Source: a virus (Duplodnaviria; Caudoviricetes). From it: a stretch of 57,085 nt of DNA. The notes under the pieces were generated by a model that had not been told where the DNA came from, did no database searches, and saw only the letters and a program-made list of their open reading frames with translations. The position numbers and the translations under genes were made by a program. Below, one piece after another: positions 18,415 to 27,601 of the stretch; position 1 is the stretch's first letter, and every line of letters starts with the position of its first letter. The stretch is taken from positions 1-57,085 of the IMG/VR virus record IMGVR_UViG_3300044645_002658. The stretch is one strand, 5' to 3'.

Positions 18415-21400
18415 ATGGCGTATCAGAACATAAATCAGTATGTATATAATAAGTGGTATTTGAGTCCCGTTAGGGAGGTCACAGATATATCATTGGCCTC
18501 AGATGAGTCCCAATTTAACGAAGAAGTTGTATTTTCAACAGACGTTATTGGTGCCTCGAATGGTAATGTAATGCCAGTCAAAATTGATTTGAATTTTTCA
18601 GGTTCAAACCAAGGATTCAATTTAATATATCAAAACTATAATTTTGATAATATTTTGATTTCTTCAAACTACTATAATCCATATGACATATCTTTGGATT
18701 GTTTCTCTTCTAAAACTATTTGTGATATTGGTTTAACAGGTACTGACAATGGATTGGTAACAGGTATGACAGGTCAGTCTATCACTTATATGGAGGGTTT
18801 ACTTCCATCGGCAGACAAGTTCAACAGATTGGATTATGATAGAAGATTCAAAATGCACCAAGTTACAGGATATACTTGGAATCCAAACGAAAGATTTTCA
18901 GGTGTTACTGCAGGAACATATTATAACATAGTTTCATACACCGCAAACACAATCGGAACATACCATGAACTTTATGGTGGTTTTTATCAAGGGTTTTATA
19001 AACTGTTTGGATACCCATATGAGGTTTTACCAACAAGATATCCAAAAGGATGGACTGTCGAAATGACCCTGAAACCAAGATTTACTGATGCTTACATCCC
19101 TCCTGTTGGAGCAACAACTCTAAATGACTATTACCCTGATAATTCAGGTATTTTCTTTTACATGGGAACTCGTGCCGAGAATAAATATTGGCACCATGCG
19201 GCTGGAGAAAATCCGACAGATTCTGGATATACAAGGGTTACAGAATCTTTGACAGGATTATCCTCTTGTATGTGTTCTACTCTGAATCCTGGGTATAGTA
19301 CAGTTTCTTACACTGAATTTGATTTATCTCAGTCAGGGGTTACAATATCCATTCCAGCGAATTTAAGTTGGTCGGGTGGTGACCAAATTTTAGTTTACCA
19401 TGACCCACTACAATATGTTATAGGGACTGTTCTAAACTATAGTGCCTCTACCGGTGAATTACAATTTACAGTAACCAAGAGAGTTGGAAAAGGTAATTTT
19501 CATGCATGGGTTGTAGACCTTCCGGATTACTTAGATTATGCTTTATCTAACTGTGTTTTGGTATATCCACCAACTGGCTATACTGACTATCACAACGTTG
19601 TTTGTAGTTGTTGTAATCCAAATGTCCAAATACCTTTACCTGAAAGACCTGCTTATTGGGACTCCATCTCAAACGCCTTCGCAATTAAATTTAGTGGAGA
19701 CCCACATAATCCAAAAATTTGTGTTAGAACATTAACGTTTACTGGCGACTGCCAACTTTCAGGGTCTTGTGAAACGTTGGGGCCTGAGACTGTAACAGGA
19801 TACTCAATCAATAATTATTGTAGTGATAGGGGTATATATGATGATTGTTCTGGAACTACATTTGACAATATAGAACATTGGGTATTAGTTGACGCTGTTT
19901 TCGAAAGATATTCATGGTTTGATTTCTGTGATTTATATTGGAGAGGGGGGTTAGGTGTAATAACTAATGACATTTACACCGCCACGTCCGCAAATAGGTC
20001 CATATCACTTATTGAACCACCCATAACTCATGAACAATTAATTCCGCCAAAAGAAGAATATGTTCAATTGAATTATGAATGGTTATTAGAACGATTCTAT
20101 AGAGTTGGTAAGTTAAAACTGTATGTTAATGGAAAACATTTTCAAACTTTTGACGATTTTGAGGAAATAATTCCAAGAGGATTATATGGACATAAAGAAA
20201 ATCAAGTTGGAGTCCCATTTAATATTTCTTGGGGTGGAGGTACACAGGGATTACACGAGAATTTGATATTTTCGGCGATTCCAACTACGTTAATTAACAA
20301 TTATATTCAAGACCCTGAGTTATTTCCTGAAAATATTTTAAGTGGAACTAGTTTGAGTGCCTTAACTACAAATATATTAATTGAACAAAATTTTGCTGGA
20401 ACTTTTGATGGTGCAATTTCTACATTCCACATGTATGCAAAACCACTTTCAGTTCCTGAAATTCAACACAACGCAAGAATTTTAAGACCAATCTATAGTC
20501 TTACGAACCCATATTGTTTGGATTGTTCTATTCCTCCAACTCCAAGTAATGCGGCAACCCCGACCCCTACTCCAACGATAACTTCTTCACCAACTCTTAC
20601 ACCTTCAAATACCGTAACCCCAACCAAAACAGCGACTAATACGCCGACGCCATCCATAACACCGACTAATACGTCCACACCTCTTGTTACAGAGTCAAAT
20701 ACTTCAACCCCAACAGAAACACCGACGAACACTCCAACCCCTTCGATAACCACATCTATTACACCAACACCAACAAAAACACCGACTAACACTCCAACAC
20801 AAACGGTCACTCCGACTGCAACTGTAACACCTTCGGCAACTCCTTTTGTTCCAACTTGTTTGATATTGTACGATGAAGGGTTTTCATATATTGCCCAATC
20901 TTTAGGTATCCTTAATGGAAAACCATATTGGGAATATTATTTTGGTTATGGGGTTATAGAACTTTACCGTCTATATTGGGACGGAACACAATGGGTTCAA
21001 GAATTGTTGTCAAGTTCAACCATAGTCGCCACAAACCCAAATGGTGTGAATTTTCCAACCCAATTAGATTGGGTTGGGTCAGGATTTTCTTATGTACATT
21101 ACACTTCACAACAAGATTGTAATGATTGGTGTATAGACCCTGCTTTAACAGATTATTTATGTTCTGTAAGTGGCACGACCGACAATGGGGATATAAACGG
21201 GAAAAGGTCATTTACATTTGATATTATCCCTTATGGATTACCACCAACTCCTGTTGGTTATACTTTGTATTGGGATGGAGCACAATGGATACTCGAGAAT
21301 GAATTTGGTAGTATCTGTGCCACCTCTTCTTATAACACCTTTGCTCCGCCATCTTATTTCTTATGGTCTTACCCCTCTCCTGCTCCTGTAGATTGTGATT

Positions 21401-21963
21401 GTGTAGATGGAATTTCAGGTGGTTTTTCCGCAGGAGTTTATAGTGGTGAGTGTGACCCATCAATTTCTGGTTTCCTGTTTTGGAGTGGGGATTACAATCC
21501 AGGTTCTTTACTAACGGAATATAATGTATGGTCACCATTCATCTTAGACGCTAATTTAACGGTGAGTTGTGACGCAATATTCACCACAACAACAGGAGAC
21601 CCAATTACTCAAAGTGTTACGATGACAATACCTATTGGTGGATTTTCTGCCAATACATTTACTCAAACAATTGATACTCCTTATGATGTGTTTACTCAAG
21701 ATGTGGTATTCGAGGGTTTTGTAACTAATTTATCTGGTGATTCTGTGTTCACAGGATTCACAATTACTACACAATCAACTTGGGCACCGAGTCCGTCTAA
21801 CACACCAACCAATACTCCTACAAATACTGAAACACCAACTCAAACGCCAACCAATACAATAACTCCTACAAATACCGTAACACCAACTCCAAGTCAGACA
21901 CCAACACAAACCTCTTCAGAGACTCCAACCCCCACCCCAACAGTAACATCAACACTTCTTTAA
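18415..21963 (+). CDS. Large putative virion surface/fibre protein with LamG/ConA-like beta regions and two mucin-like Thr/Pro tracts
   Basis: 1182 aa. [20 protein letters not shown] and [23 protein letters not shown] resemble LamG-type strands; TPTPTxT tracts; Cys-rich. Confidence 0.65.
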   Translation: MAYQNINQYVYNKWYLSPVREVTDISLASDESQFNEEVVFSTDVIGASNGNVMPVKIDLNFSGSNQGFNLIYQNYNFDNILISSNYYNPYDISLDCFSSKTICDIGLTGTDNGLVTGMTGQSITYMEGLLPSADKFNRLDYDRRFKMHQVTGYTWNPNERFSGVTAGTYYNIVSYTANTIGTYHELYGGFYQGFYKLFGYPYEVLPTRYPKGWTVEMTLKPRFTDAYIPPVGATTLNDYYPDNSGIFFYMGTRAENKYWHHAAGENPTDSGYTRVTESLTGLSSCMCSTLNPGYSTVSYTEFDLSQSGVTISIPANLSWSGGDQILVYHDPLQYVIGTVLNYSASTGELQFTVTKRVGKGNFHAWVVDLPDYLDYALSNCVLVYPPTGYTDYHNVVCSCCNPNVQIPLPERPAYWDSISNAFAIKFSGDPHNPKICVRTLTFTGDCQLSGSCETLGPETVTGYSINNYCSDRGIYDDCSGTTFDNIEHWVLVDAVFERYSWFDFCDLYWRGGLGVITNDIYTATSANRSISLIEPPITHEQLIPPKEEYVQLNYEWLLERFYRVGKLKLYVNGKHFQTFDDFEEIIPRGLYGHKENQVGVPFNISWGGGTQGLHENLIFSAIPTTLINNYIQDPELFPENILSGTSLSALTTNILIEQNFAGTFDGAISTFHMYAKPLSVPEIQHNARILRPIYSLTNPYCLDCSIPPTPSNAATPTPTPTITSSPTLTPSNTVTPTKTATNTPTPSITPTNTSTPLVTESNTSTPTETPTNTPTPSITTSITPTPTKTPTNTPTQTVTPTATVTPSATPFVPTCLILYDEGFSYIAQSLGILNGKPYWEYYFGYGVIELYRLYWDGTQWVQELLSSSTIVATNPNGVNFPTQLDWVGSGFSYVHYTSQQDCNDWCIDPALTDYLCSVSGTTDNGDINGKRSFTFDIIPYGLPPTPVGYTLYWDGAQWILENEFGSICATSSYNTFAPPSYFLWSYPSPAPVDCDCVDGISGGFSAGVYSGECDPSISGFLFWSGDYNPGSLLTEYNVWSPFILDANLTVSCDAIFTTTTGDPITQSVTMTIPIGGFSANTFTQTIDTPYDVFTQDVVFEGFVTNLSGDSVFTGFTITTQSTWAPSPSNTPTNTPTNTETPTQTPTNTITPTNTVTPTPSQTPTQTSSETPTPTPTVTSTLL
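20533..20856 (+). repeat. Coding low-complexity Thr/Pro repeat (about 108 aa of TPTxT/TPTNTPT units)
   Basis: [44 protein letters not shown]... Confidence 0.9.
21787..21954 (+). repeat. Second coding Thr/Pro repeat at the C-terminus (about 55 aa)
   Basis: [42 protein letters not shown]... Confidence 0.9.
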
Positions 21964-22089
21964 GTGGAGGAACTATTGTTGCACAACCAATAATTGTTTA
22001 ATCCTTCATAAGACCTATTTAGGTTGTTTTAATCAAACAATAGTATTCAACTTTTAGATTGTTTAATTATTTTTTTGAAAAACTTTTTC

Positions 22090-23337
22090 ATGAAAATATT
22101 TGTGCAAATTGCGGCTTACCGTGACCCCCAACTTATACCAACTATAAAGAATATGTTGGAAAACGCTAAAAGACCAAAGAATTTAAGGTTCGCGATAGCG
22201 AGACAATTTCATCCTGACGACAAATTTGATGAACTAACAGAATACGAAAAAGATTCACGATTCAGAATTATGAACATTCCTCACGAGGAGTCGAATGGTG
22301 TCTGTTGGGCTAGAAATTTGACCCAACAATTATATGATGGTGAGGAGTATACTCTTCAAATTGACTCTCATATGAGATTTGCTCCTAATTGGGATGATGA
22401 AATGATTAAGATGGTTAAACAACTTCAAAAGAAAGGTTATAAAAAACCTCTGTTGACAGGATATGTTTCATCTTTTGACCCCGATAATGACCCACAAGCA
22501 AGAGTACAGGAACCATGGAGAATGGTTTTTGACAGATTTATTCCTGAAGGAGCCGTATTTTTTCTACCCGAAACTATTCCTGGTTGGAAGGAGCTAAAAG
22601 AGCCAGTACCGGCTCGTTTTTATTCGGCACACTATTGTTTTACTTTGGGACAATTCTCAAATGAGGTACAACACAATCCTGAATATTATTTCCATGGTGA
22701 AGAAATTTCAATTGCGGCAAGAGCATACACTTGGGGTTATGACTTATTTCACCCTCATAAAACTTTGATTTGGCACGAATACACTCGAAAAGGTAGAACC
22801 AAACAATGGGATGATGATAAACAGTGGGTTGACAAAAATAATCATTCACATTTGACAAATAGGAAACTTTTTGGTATGGACGGTGAGACACAAGAAGGTC
22901 ATGATGGTCCATTTGGATTTGGTACGGAAAGAACCCTCAGAGATTATGAAAAATATTCAGGTTTGTTATTCGAAAAAAGAGCTGTCCAACAATATACTTT
23001 GGAAAAACATTATCCACCTAACCCTTATAATTTTGAATCGGAAGAAGAGTGGAAAAAACATTTTGCATCGGTATTCAAACATTGTATTGATGTTGGATAT
23101 TCTTCGGTTCCTGAAACAGACTATGATTTTTGGGTTGTTGCATTCCATGGACCAAATGATGAAACATTGTTCAGAAAAGATGCCGACAAAAATGAAATTG
23201 CTCGTATGAAAAACGACCCTGATGGGTATTGTAAAGTTTGGAGAGAATTCCAAACTGAAACTAAGCCAGTTTATTGGGTTGTGTGGCCTCACTCAGAATC
23301 CAAGGGTTGGTGTGACCGTTTAACAGGTAATTTATAA
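22090..23337 (+). CDS. GT60-like polypeptide GlcNAc-transferase (Skp1-hydroxyproline GlcNAc-T/Gnt1 family) with an extra C-terminal domain
   Basis: IFVQIAAYRD, GVCWAR, EYTLQIDSHMRF...WD, LLTGY, GEEISIAARAYTWGYDLFHP and WHEYTR fit the Pfam GlcNAc (GT60) pattern, including the DxH motif. Confidence 0.85.
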   Translation: MKIFVQIAAYRDPQLIPTIKNMLENAKRPKNLRFAIARQFHPDDKFDELTEYEKDSRFRIMNIPHEESNGVCWARNLTQQLYDGEEYTLQIDSHMRFAPNWDDEMIKMVKQLQKKGYKKPLLTGYVSSFDPDNDPQARVQEPWRMVFDRFIPEGAVFFLPETIPGWKELKEPVPARFYSAHYCFTLGQFSNEVQHNPEYYFHGEEISIAARAYTWGYDLFHPHKTLIWHEYTRKGRTKQWDDDKQWVDKNNHSHLTNRKLFGMDGETQEGHDGPFGFGTERTLRDYEKYSGLLFEKRAVQQYTLEKHYPPNPYNFESEEEWKKHFASVFKHCIDVGYSSVPETDYDFWVVAFHGPNDETLFRKDADKNEIARMKNDPDGYCKVWREFQTETKPVYWVVWPHSESKGWCDRLTGNL

Positions 23338-23338
23338 G

Positions 23339-24103
23339 ATGGAAGTTTGTTTTGTTGCGGATTGTCATTATCCAAACTACACAAAAAGACTTAAATCCAA
23401 TCTCCTCCAAACATTTATTGATTTGGAGTTGGATAAATATGGTTTTACTTTTTTGGTATCAACAAACAGACCTGAAGATTTTCAAGACATCGTAAACGAC
23501 AAAATACATGTTTTTCATATTGATGAACTAAGAAAAGATTTTCCAATTTCTAAACAATATGAAACTTTACCTGAAGACCCATCAGGAATTTATCCTGCGG
23601 GATTTCATTGGGGCTTGGAGCGTTTTCTTTTGAAAAAGGCTGCTGATATGGGATTCAAATGTGTTGTGAATTTTGACTCAGATGTGATTTTGAATAATCT
23701 AAAATCGGGGAATAATCTATTGGACTTTTTTAAGAAGAATTATCAACCAAACATAATCATGACCAATCAAGCAACGATGTTGTATCAAAAAGGTTCAGAG
23801 AATGAAATATTTTATTTGCATGACAAGTATATAAATCATTTTGGTTTGGATTTTCAAGATTCTGAATATACAACGATGGACGGTCCGGTAATCTGTTATA
23901 TGGGTGAAACTTCAGAGGATTTGCAAAGATATTTTAGAAATTGGAATGAGTTAACTGAATTCAGTTATAAAAAAGAACATGGGTATGGATATGGTGGTAT
24001 TGTGTGTGGGATTTGGTCCTTAACAATTCCGATGTCGGGTTTCAAACTTAAATGGAATGAAATGCCGTTCGTACCCCATCACGTTTATTCAGATAGGTAT
24101 TAA
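23339..24103 (+). CDS. Putative GT-A glycosyltransferase
   Basis: VVNFDSDVIL DxD-like motif; lies within the glycosylation operon. Confidence 0.5.
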   Translation: MEVCFVADCHYPNYTKRLKSNLLQTFIDLELDKYGFTFLVSTNRPEDFQDIVNDKIHVFHIDELRKDFPISKQYETLPEDPSGIYPAGFHWGLERFLLKKAADMGFKCVVNFDSDVILNNLKSGNNLLDFFKKNYQPNIIMTNQATMLYQKGSENEIFYLHDKYINHFGLDFQDSEYTTMDGPVICYMGETSEDLQRYFRNWNELTEFSYKKEHGYGYGGIVCGIWSLTIPMSGFKLKWNEMPFVPHHVYSDRY

Positions 24104-24104
24104 T

Positions 24105-25634
24105 ATGTTTAAGATATTAGGAAGAGAATTAGGAGAAAAGGGTTTCTTCGTTAACTTGGATTCATCAATCGATAGATTTGAAGGAATCATGAAACAAGTT
24201 GATAAATTTGAAATTGAAGGGTTAGAAAAGTTTTCAGCTTTGAGTGACCCTTTAATTCAATTTGCATGCACCAAAAGTCATTTGGGTATTTTTGAAATTG
24301 CAAAAAATGAAGGTTTGGAAACAATCGTTGTTTTGGAAGACGATATGCAGATTTTGGAAAATCCTTATATCGGTTCACAGAAATTTGAATTATCTGAACA
24401 ATTGGATAAATTGTTGGTTGATATGAACAATCTTGAATGGGATGTCATTTTATTGGGTTGCAATCCAAAAACCTATTTGATTCCTGTTACAGAAAATTTA
24501 TCAGAAAACTATTCAAGTAGTGGTTCATGGGCGTATATCATCAAACGTAAAGCTTATGAATACATTCTTGAAAATTCAAATTATTATAAAGATTATATTG
24601 CTATTGATGATTGGTTGGCAAAATTGGCTCATAATGGATTCAAAGTATTTGCCACGACACCTCAAATAATTCATCATGGTACAAGTTATCAATCAACATT
24701 ACAACCAAGAGGTTTGGTAAATTATACCGCGTGGATTGATGGAAATTGGGAAGGTTATTTATACAAGTTCCTTCAAGGCAGAACCATGAAAGAGTTGGTA
24801 GATGATTATGAATTAGAAAGAGAAATTACAATTGTTGTGGTTGGCCATTTCGTCGAAAACTTTTTATTCTATCTTCGATACCTCCTAAAAACAATACCGA
24901 AACAATTGGAAAGATGTCGTTTCTTGGTTATCTATGATAACAATCACAACACACAGAACCCATTACCTTTGGAATACTATTTCAAAGACCGTAATAAACC
25001 AATGAACTACAATATCATTTATTCCAAAACCGGTATTTCTCATAGTATGAAGTTGGCTTTGGAAAATGTTAAAACAAAATATTTTTTATTTTTAGAACAC
25101 GATTGGATTTTCTTGGAAAAAAGACCGATTGACTTTGTTAGTTTGAAAAGAGCTTTTGATAATCACAATTTTGTAAATGCGGTGTGGTTTAATAAAGACG
25201 ACAATCAATTGAAGGGATTTGAAATTTGTGGAGATAGATTGGGTAACGTTACACCTTATGAACAAGAAGACCGTGTGACCGAATGTGATTTGACAAAGAC
25301 AATACGTTGGTCAAACAATCCTGTGATGTTTAGAAAATCAAAAATGCAAGAATGGTTTGATAAATATATAGATAACGATTCAATCGGTAAAATTCACCAA
25401 GGACAGTATAATGTTGAGGATAATATGATTCGAGTTTATAGACAAACAATTGAAGAAAGTGTTTGGGAAGAAATTAAAGATGATTGGGGAACATTTTTAC
25501 ATGGCAAACCAGGTGATTGTGAATTAGTTGGTCACACAGATGGCTCAAGAAGATACCAAACGTCAATTAGAACTATGGCCGAAGATAATGCCGATGAATA
25601 TGTAAAAAATAATCCTTTACCTGAAAATGATTAA
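24105..25634 (+). CDS. Two-domain glycosyltransferase (N-terminal GT25-like, C-terminal GT2-like)
   Basis: FVNLDSSIDR, ACTKSH, VLEDD, AYII and IDDW are GT25-like; the second domain has YFLFLEHDW and WSNNP. Confidence 0.78.
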   Translation: MFKILGRELGEKGFFVNLDSSIDRFEGIMKQVDKFEIEGLEKFSALSDPLIQFACTKSHLGIFEIAKNEGLETIVVLEDDMQILENPYIGSQKFELSEQLDKLLVDMNNLEWDVILLGCNPKTYLIPVTENLSENYSSSGSWAYIIKRKAYEYILENSNYYKDYIAIDDWLAKLAHNGFKVFATTPQIIHHGTSYQSTLQPRGLVNYTAWIDGNWEGYLYKFLQGRTMKELVDDYELEREITIVVVGHFVENFLFYLRYLLKTIPKQLERCRFLVIYDNNHNTQNPLPLEYYFKDRNKPMNYNIIYSKTGISHSMKLALENVKTKYFLFLEHDWIFLEKRPIDFVSLKRAFDNHNFVNAVWFNKDDNQLKGFEICGDRLGNVTPYEQEDRVTECDLTKTIRWSNNPVMFRKSKMQEWFDKYIDNDSIGKIHQGQYNVEDNMIRVYRQTIEESVWEEIKDDWGTFLHGKPGDCELVGHTDGSRRYQTSIRTMAEDNADEYVKNNPLPEND

Positions 25635-26190
25635 TATGAAAAATTTAGAAAAAATTTATAAAGAACACTGTGAAAGATATTCAGACATACAAGAACATCT
25701 TCCAACATTAAAAAAATACACTGAAGAATGTGAGCACGTAACAGAAATGGGTGTAAGATATGTTGTGTCAACTTGGGCGTTTATGATGGGTAAACCTAAA
25801 AAATTAATTTCGATGGATATCTTACCCTTGGAACATTTTGATATAAAAACTGAGGATTTAGTTCAAATTGCAAAAGATAACGGAGTTGATTTTGAATTCA
25901 TAGTTGCGGATACAACAAAAGTAGAAATTGATGAAACCGATTTGTTATTTATCGATACATGGCATGTGTATCAACAATTAAAAGTAGAACTCGAAAAACA
26001 TGGTAACAAATCAAGAAAATATATCATCATGCACGACACCACTATTTTTGGTGAAGTTGGTGAAGGTCGTGAAGGTTTAGGACTGTGGAAGGCTATTGAA
26101 GAATTTTTAGAGATTAATCCACATTGGTCGGTTCATGAAAGATACACTAACAACAATGGATTAACTATTCTGAAAAGAAATGGAAATTAA
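25627..26190 (+). CDS. Class I SAM-dependent methyltransferase (Methyltransf_24-like)
   Basis: VTEMGVRYVVST, DLLFIDTWH, IIMHDT and NNNGLTIL. Confidence 0.8.
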   Translation: MINMKNLEKIYKEHCERYSDIQEHLPTLKKYTEECEHVTEMGVRYVVSTWAFMMGKPKKLISMDILPLEHFDIKTEDLVQIAKDNGVDFEFIVADTTKVEIDETDLLFIDTWHVYQQLKVELEKHGNKSRKYIIMHDTTIFGEVGEGREGLGLWKAIEEFLEINPHWSVHERYTNNNGLTILKRNGN

Positions 26191-27601
26191 TTTTATTATA
26201 ACCTGTTTTGATAAAGAAGAATATTGGCCACATTTGAAAGAAATTTTAGATTCTTTTTCAAAAATTAAACCTAACTATGTTCTTGTGTATAATGGAGAAA
26301 ATGAAAACTTTATTTGTGATGCAAGATTAAAAAATGAAGTCAATGCTGGAAGAGGGAATAGAGCACATGAACATGCTTGTCTTTATGCGGAAAATGATTG
26401 GTTTTTAACTAAACAGGGTTATGATTTATTGAAAGATAATGGAGTTACTAAATGGATAAAATTATCCGTAGACAGTTGGATGTTGGACGAACAGATAATA
26501 ATTGATTTGTTTCAAGAAATGTTACAAACAAAGTCTGTTTATGGTGGTAATGTTTGGTATAGTCCTATAAACTATTCTACAGATATTTTTTTCTTAGAAA
26601 CTTCTGAAATAAATTTATTTGAGGAAATGTCCAAAAATAGTGAAGAATTTTTTGGTTTTTTATATAGAAACGAAATACCAACAGGTTTTGAAAATTTTAT
26701 GAGCTATCACGTAATACCTCACAATCATCTAATTTTTCTTGACAGGGAAGAATTAGATGAGTCGTCTACTCGATGGAGAGTTGAAAAGTTGGGTTGGACA
26801 ATGAGTCACCAAATTGATGAAAATCATGATTTTAGAAAAAAATACAAACCAATTGGGTATAAACCAAAAACTTTATTAAGAGAAGGTAATGGTATTCCCT
26901 ACTCGAGGAAATTTTATTTGGAAGACACTGGTTTAATAAATAGACATAAACTTGTTTTGGGATTAGGGCACCCAAGGACTGGTACTGGTCATACGGCGAG
27001 AATTATGAAAAGTTGGGGATTGAGAGTTTCCCACGAAGGAATGGATTTACATGGAATTGTTGCGTGGCAATTAGCTCCTGATGCGGCACCACCTTTGATT
27101 GCCATGAATCGGGAACGTAAATTATTTAGAAATATGTACGTGTATGACGCTATTGTCTATAACGTTCGAGACCCTTTTTATTCCTTACCTTCGATTGCCT
27201 TTTCCGAAATATATTCTTTGGAATGGAGAAGTTTTTGGGGAAACTTCAAACTACAACCGAACATTTTGACAATGGCAATCGAATCACTTCTTTCTTGGGA
27301 CAATATGATTATAAATAAAAATCCAAATATTACTTATCGTATAGAAGACCAAGATGATTACTTATATCGTGAGTTGGAAAAATTATTTCCGGATGTGGTC
27401 AAATGGACCGATTTAGAAGTTAATAAAGCACACAACTCACGACCACATGATGGTTGGGATAAATTATCTGGTTTCATATCAGACGTTCCACATCATTTAT
27501 TAGAAAAATTAAACGACTATGCCGAAAAGTATGGTTACCAAAAAGTTTTTAACACACAAACATATGAACTCGAAAATACAAGAAGCGTATCACTTTCATA
27601 A
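26180..27601 (+). CDS. Two-domain protein: putative GT-A N-terminus plus sulfotransferase-like C-terminus
   Basis: C-terminal LGLGHPRTGTGH (5'-PSB loop-like), SHE and VRDPFYSLPS (3'-PB-like); N-terminal WIKLSVDSW. Confidence 0.6.
   Translation: MEINFIITCFDKEEYWPHLKEILDSFSKIKPNYVLVYNGENENFICDARLKNEVNAGRGNRAHEHACLYAENDWFLTKQGYDLLKDNGVTKWIKLSVDSWMLDEQIIIDLFQEMLQTKSVYGGNVWYSPINYSTDIFFLETSEINLFEEMSKNSEEFFGFLYRNEIPTGFENFMSYHVIPHNHLIFLDREELDESSTRWRVEKLGWTMSHQIDENHDFRKKYKPIGYKPKTLLREGNGIPYSRKFYLEDTGLINRHKLVLGLGHPRTGTGHTARIMKSWGLRVSHEGMDLHGIVAWQLAPDAAPPLIAMNRERKLFRNMYVYDAIVYNVRDPFYSLPSIAFSEIYSLEWRSFWGNFKLQPNILTMAIESLLSWDNMIINKNPNITYRIEDQDDYLYRELEKLFPDVVKWTDLEVNKAHNSRPHDGWDKLSGFISDVPHHLLEKLNDYAEKYGYQKVFNTQTYELENTRSVSLS

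Noticed and set aside
20493-20810. Minus-strand Val/Gly-rich ORF, or a CRISPR-like repeat
   Set aside because: It is the antisense shadow of the Thr/Pro codons; repeats are degenerate at the DNA level with no repeat-spacer structure.
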